Below, one piece after another: positions 47,166-51,054 of a DNA stretch of 51,054 nt. The stretch comes from Pseudovirgaria hyperparasitica. Taxonomy: Eukaryota. The stretch lies in assembly GCA_010093815.1 (NCBI GenBank), contig ML996571.1. One strand, given 5' to 3'. The notes under the pieces were generated by a model that made no database searches, had not been told where the DNA came from, and worked only from the letters and a program-made list of their open reading frames with translations. A program made the position numbers and the translations under genes. Every line of letters starts with the position of its first letter. The stretch's first letter is position 1.

Positions 47166-50099
47166 ATAGCCCCGCCGAAAAAGAAAACGCCTACCTATAA
47201 AGAGTTATAAGATCGTTAAGCACTAATAAGATAGACGCGGTCCTAGTTAAGAGTCATAAGTACTAAAGCAGGGCTATCGACGGCTATCATAGTATCAAGG
47301 CCATCTACTACTCCATACGGATAGGCTATAGAAGCTACGGAAGTAAATAAGTCTACTATTAACCAAATTATCGCTATCTAGAACCCGTAAGAGCGATAGG
47401 ACTATATTCTAGACACGTTTAATAATCTCCTTTATATTACTAGCCTCGTAGAATAGCTCTTAAGTAGTATAGTTAACCTCCTCTAGGAAGTAGAAGCCGT
47501 AATAGGGTATAGTAAGGTAAAGATTAACTCCTCTATTCCGAAAGAAGTCCACGAGATAATTTATTATAGAAGAGATACTAACTTCTATATTCTAAAAGCT
47601 AAAAATGCGATCCTATAAAACTAGCGAAAAGACCTCCCTAATAATAATAGCTAGTTACTCTAATCCGCTCTTAGATAGCTCTAGTAAATATAGAACTTTA
47701 TAGAAAAGCTAGTAGCGCTCTTATAAATGCGGACATAGGTAAGAGCGAGGAACTAGTTAAACATATCTCTATAGTCCCGAATCGGCTAGGGATAGAAGGG
47801 AAGAGGAATTAAGGTATATCTTTAGAGCTCTAATATCGATACCGCCCTAGCTAGCGATAGTAATAAGGACGGTCTATCTCTCTAGTAACTCTTAAACTAC
47901 CCTAGCCGATAAAATAAACTAACATTCTATAATAAGACGGGACTTATTATCCCCGCTAGTTAATAGTCACGGATAAGTAGAATGGTTTATAGGCCCGTTA
48001 AATACTATCTATAAATTAAAGAGATGAGTGCATCGCCTCCGCCTTAGACCTTACCATCGCTAAAACCAGCGTAGGTAACGCCTACGGTAAAGTCCCCTCC
48101 ACGAAGCACGCCTTCTAGTTTAGTAGTACGTCGTCTCTTTAAAGCTAGTTATCCGTTTAAAGTAAGCATTCCTTCTACTACTACTAGTATACGTCCCTTA
48201 CCGGGCCATATAAGAACCTCTTTAGTGCCCGTTACGGCCACGCTAATAAAACCCACTCACGGACGTGCCTTATCTACCGGCCCTTAGTAATTACTAGGGG
48301 CGCCTATACGATAATCCCCGGTTATTCTTAGTTCGTACCCTAAGACGATAGTATCGGTTAAGGAAGAGGACGAGCCTAAGAAGTATTAATACGCGCCTTT
48401 AGTGACGAAGACTTTTAAGGTAGCTATATTATTAAAGAAGAATTTCACGAGTATTAAGGGAATAGCCCTACTAGTACGCTAGAAAGCGTAGATAGGTAAT
48501 ATGGCTATTCCGTATAAAGTCTACTATAAGTATTACTAAGACGTGGCTAGAAAGAATGATATACTTATTAGCGTGTCCTACTTAAACCTAGTAGCGAGAC
48601 TTAAAATAGTATATAAGTTTAGAGATAACGTAGGGGCCCTTAAAGTTTATAAGGACCGCTATACCTAGTTCGCGAAGTACGCGTAGCCACCTTATCCGAT
48701 AGAGGCATTAGGTATCTATCGTTACTAGACCCTAGAGACCCCGAAGTAAGTTATTAATATTAAAACTATCCTTACTAGTATCGCATTTATAATTTAGAAG
48801 GAGGATAGTAGAATAGATAGGTAACTCTTCGATAAGTAGGAACGTACCGGAAGTGTTAATATTAAAGGGCTCTTCGAGCCACTTAAAAAGACGATCTCTA
48901 TACTTAATAAGAGTATTCTAGAACTCGCGAGGGATGAATTTAATATATATAAGTACTACCAGCGCATGTTTAATAAGAAATCGAACTACGGCTGGCTATA
49001 AACTATATACCACTTCTATATCTAATAGTTTATTAGGTAATGCCTACTTTACTAGCTTACCTATATCGCTCTTCGGCCCGATCTTAACTACTATCTAATC
49101 TCGTACCCGTACTATGCGAAGTCCTAGGATAGGGGCGATAAGACGGGTTTTAAGTATCTCGATAACGCCATTAATCGAATCCTCGATCCTAGCGATAGAC
49201 ACGGGTTTAATATAATCTAGGGGAGTATTAGTCTCGACAACGAACGAAGTAACGACTACACTATAATTATTCCCCGCTTCTATAAGTTCTTAAATAAATA
49301 GTAGTTAAAGGCTAAGCTCCGCGAGGGGGTCAATCGAAATAGTATAATTATAGCTATTAACGATAAGATCTATAATGCGGACGATAAGAAATGATTTAGT
49401 CCCTTCGTCCTGGTCCCCTACTAGTCCCTTAAAGTATATATCTCTAGCCTACTAATAATATACGGCGCCTAGGGTCCCGTAAAGGGTGGAAGATACACGA
49501 TGCTTCTATGGTATATCGCGATTAGCCCTAATTACATGATAATAGAAGTACCTAAAATAGGTATATAGGAATAACTCGTAGTAGCTTATAGGAATTTAAC
49601 TCCGGGACCTATGTCTCCGTCGGGATTTTCTAATAAATATAGCGCGATTCCTTTTGCCTTCCTAGCCGTAGTTTAACTCCCGAGTTTTAACGCCGTTAGT
49701 AACGCATTAGTCGGCCGTAAAAGATAGGATAGCTAGGAGATAAAAGAAGAGGCAGCTACGTAGCTTAACGTAAGTCCTTAATAACTTAAAGCTAAGGTAG
49801 ACGCCTAGTTTAAGGAGGGCTCGAGGGTATTCGTAGAGACCTTTAAGAAAATAGTAAGGTAGGAAAGGCTAGTCTATAGGGATAGGTTGTTCTAGAAGGA
49901 ATTTAATAAGGTGCGCGCCGCTAAGCGGCTAATTAATTTTAAGAAATTCGAGTCTAACGCGGGCCTAGATAACGTTAAAGAGAACTTCTATAGATAGGAG
50001 AGGCCTAACGAACTATCTAACGAGGAGGAATCTAACCTCTCTAAGATAAGTAACACGATTCTTTAGGAGCTGGCTCGCGACCTCGAGTACTAAGATTAG
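47166..50099 (+). pseudogene. RIPed cargo ORF (~975 codons): basic N-terminus, helical region, Ser/Pro-rich linker, C-terminal putative 2OG-Fe(II) dioxygenase domain
   Basis: ATA(>ATG) GCC CCG CCG AAA AAG AAA at 47166 is in the same frame as GFK[Y>H]LD (49155), I[*>Q]GSISLDNE, IPRF[Y>H], [Y>H]GA[*>Q]GP (49461) and R.TML[L>P]WY. Nearly all stops are TAA/TAG, as expected from RIP of CAA/CAG/TGG. Confidence 0.75.
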
Positions 50100-50118
50100 G
50101 CGCCTAAAAACCTACCTA

Positions 50119-50154
50119 ATTATTAGTTAAGGGCTACCCTTAACTAATAATCCG
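50119..50154. repeat. Perfect inverted repeat (copy 2), 36 bp identical to 42818-42853
   Basis: attattagttaaggg-cta-cccttaactaataat-ccg, read directly. Confidence 0.95.
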
Positions 50155-50286
50155 GGCTAAGGTTTACCCGCGCCGAGAGGTTTACTAGGGGCGCATTTTA
50201 TTTATATTAAGGTCTTTCTTTTAGGCGTTCTTTACACGGTTTCTTATACGGTTACTATACTACTAAGGGTAGTAGTTCTATAGGCC

Positions 50287-50293
50287 GGGGAGG
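50287..50293 (+). promoter_or_regulatory. Polypurine tract before the 3' LTR
   Basis: GGGGAGG ends 4 nt before the 3' LTR start. Confidence 0.6.
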
Positions 50294-50297
50294 TATA

Positions 50298-50669
50298 TAT
50301 AGAAGGCCGCTCCTATAGCCCTATATATATGTGTCCCTAGCTCGATTACATGGCTTTATTATATATTTAAGGAGGGCGTTTTCCTTGGTCATTCTACTCG
50401 GCGCGCTTCCCCCATCACTAATATTCGACTATTCGACCTTTTCTTACGTTCATGGGCCTCTATAGGTATTAATTATTAGGCTTAGCTATTAAAGAATTAA
50501 TTAAGAGTATTATATAGACCCGTCCTATCGTAAAAGAGAACTAATAAGAAGTCGTGCGTTTAAAGAGAACTCATAATACCTAGGAGAGATACTTGTGAGT
50601 TCGTCGCGACTACTATACTAGGAACACAGCCATTTATAAAAGGGACACACGTAGCGATAGCTTACCATA
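50298..50669 (+). repeat. 3' LTR (372 bp)
   Basis: Starts TATAG (RIPed TGTGG) and ends CCATA; same length as, and colinear with, the 5' LTR. Confidence 0.93.
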
Positions 50670-51054
50670 GTATTTTAATTCTAAGAAGTATATTCGGGTC
50701 GAAACTAACGCATTAGAATTTATAATTACTAGAATTATTAGTTAACCGTATAAAGATACGAAAGATAAGATATAATAGTACCCGGTCGCTTTCTTTTCCT
50801 ATAAAATAGTAGATATAGAGATATATTATAACACGTACAACTAGGAACTACTTATAATTATTAAGAGTTTTAAGTAATAGCGATATTATTTAGAAGGCTC
50901 TATATATTAGATTGAATTATTATCGGATTACGTAAATCTACGTTACTTTATATCGACTAAGGTCCTTAATCGCCGATAAGTACGTTAGGCTAAGTAGATA
51001 TTAATATTTAACTTTAAAATCTTATATAAAGCTAGAAGAGAGAATAAAGCTAAT
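50670..51054 (+). mobile_element. RIPed RNase H region of a second (host) Ty3/Gypsy pol, running off the window
   Basis: De-RIPed reading HFDPKK.IRVETDAS..PVAFFS.K..YDTHDQELL.I..F.QWRHYLEG..SDH.NL.YF..LNRRQ.RW. Confidence 0.85.

Larger units (their letters stand above)
39231..50669 (+). mobile_element. Full-length 11,439-bp Ty3/Gypsy LTR retrotransposon (RIP-inactivated) with an extra 3' cargo ORF
   Basis: Two 372-bp LTRs, PBS, PPT, and gag-PR-RT-RH-IN domain order. Flanks ATAT and GTAT are compatible with a RIPed 4-bp TSD. Confidence 0.93.
35630..51054. other. AT-rich RIP-mutated repeat block
   Basis: Abrupt loss of CpA/TpG and excess of TpA. Recognisable TE coding frames are full of TAA/TAG stops. 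The LTR pair differs by C>T/G>A transitions. Confidence 0.95.

Noticed and set aside
47166..50099. Cargo ORF as an env gene, or as a captured copy of the PhyH gene at 208-1196
   Set aside because: No signal peptide or TM segment is evident, and there is no visible sequence similarity to the local PhyH gene beyond the generic HxD..H layout.

Overview
Eukaryotic DNA from a filamentous ascomycete (Pezizomycotina-type introns, strong RIP signature). Bases 1 to ~35,600 are a gene-dense, intron-containing region: PhyH dioxygenase, U1 snRNP C, UTP15, MRPL22, Prp24/SART3, a calponin-homology protein, an NDUFA12/NDUFAF2-like protein, a membrane protein, a SAM methyltransferase, bleomycin hydrolase/LAP3, an orphan kinase, a PARP-UBC fusion, a hypothetical protein and a TLC-domain protein. 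From ~35,630 to the end the sequence is an AT-rich, RIP-degraded transposon block. It holds a Tc1-like DD34E relic, fragments of a host Ty3/Gypsy element and a complete 11.4 kb Ty3/Gypsy LTR retrotransposon (372 bp LTRs at 39231-39602 and 50298-50669). Main observations: (1) this retrotransposon carries a ~975-codon extra gene between pol and the 3' LTR whose de-RIPed C-terminus reads as a 2OG-Fe(II) dioxygenase, a candidate anti-silencing cargo, and the element also has a duplicated 36-bp perfect hairpin; (2) the U1-C gene can only encode its conserved N-terminus through an AT-AC intron, a 6-nt micro-exon and probably a GA-AG intron, which suggests splicing autoregulation; (3) an intergenic ~180-bp tandem array has conserved palindrome-rich cores and variable spacers. 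Exon coordinates and translations were read by hand, and de-RIPed residues are inferences.
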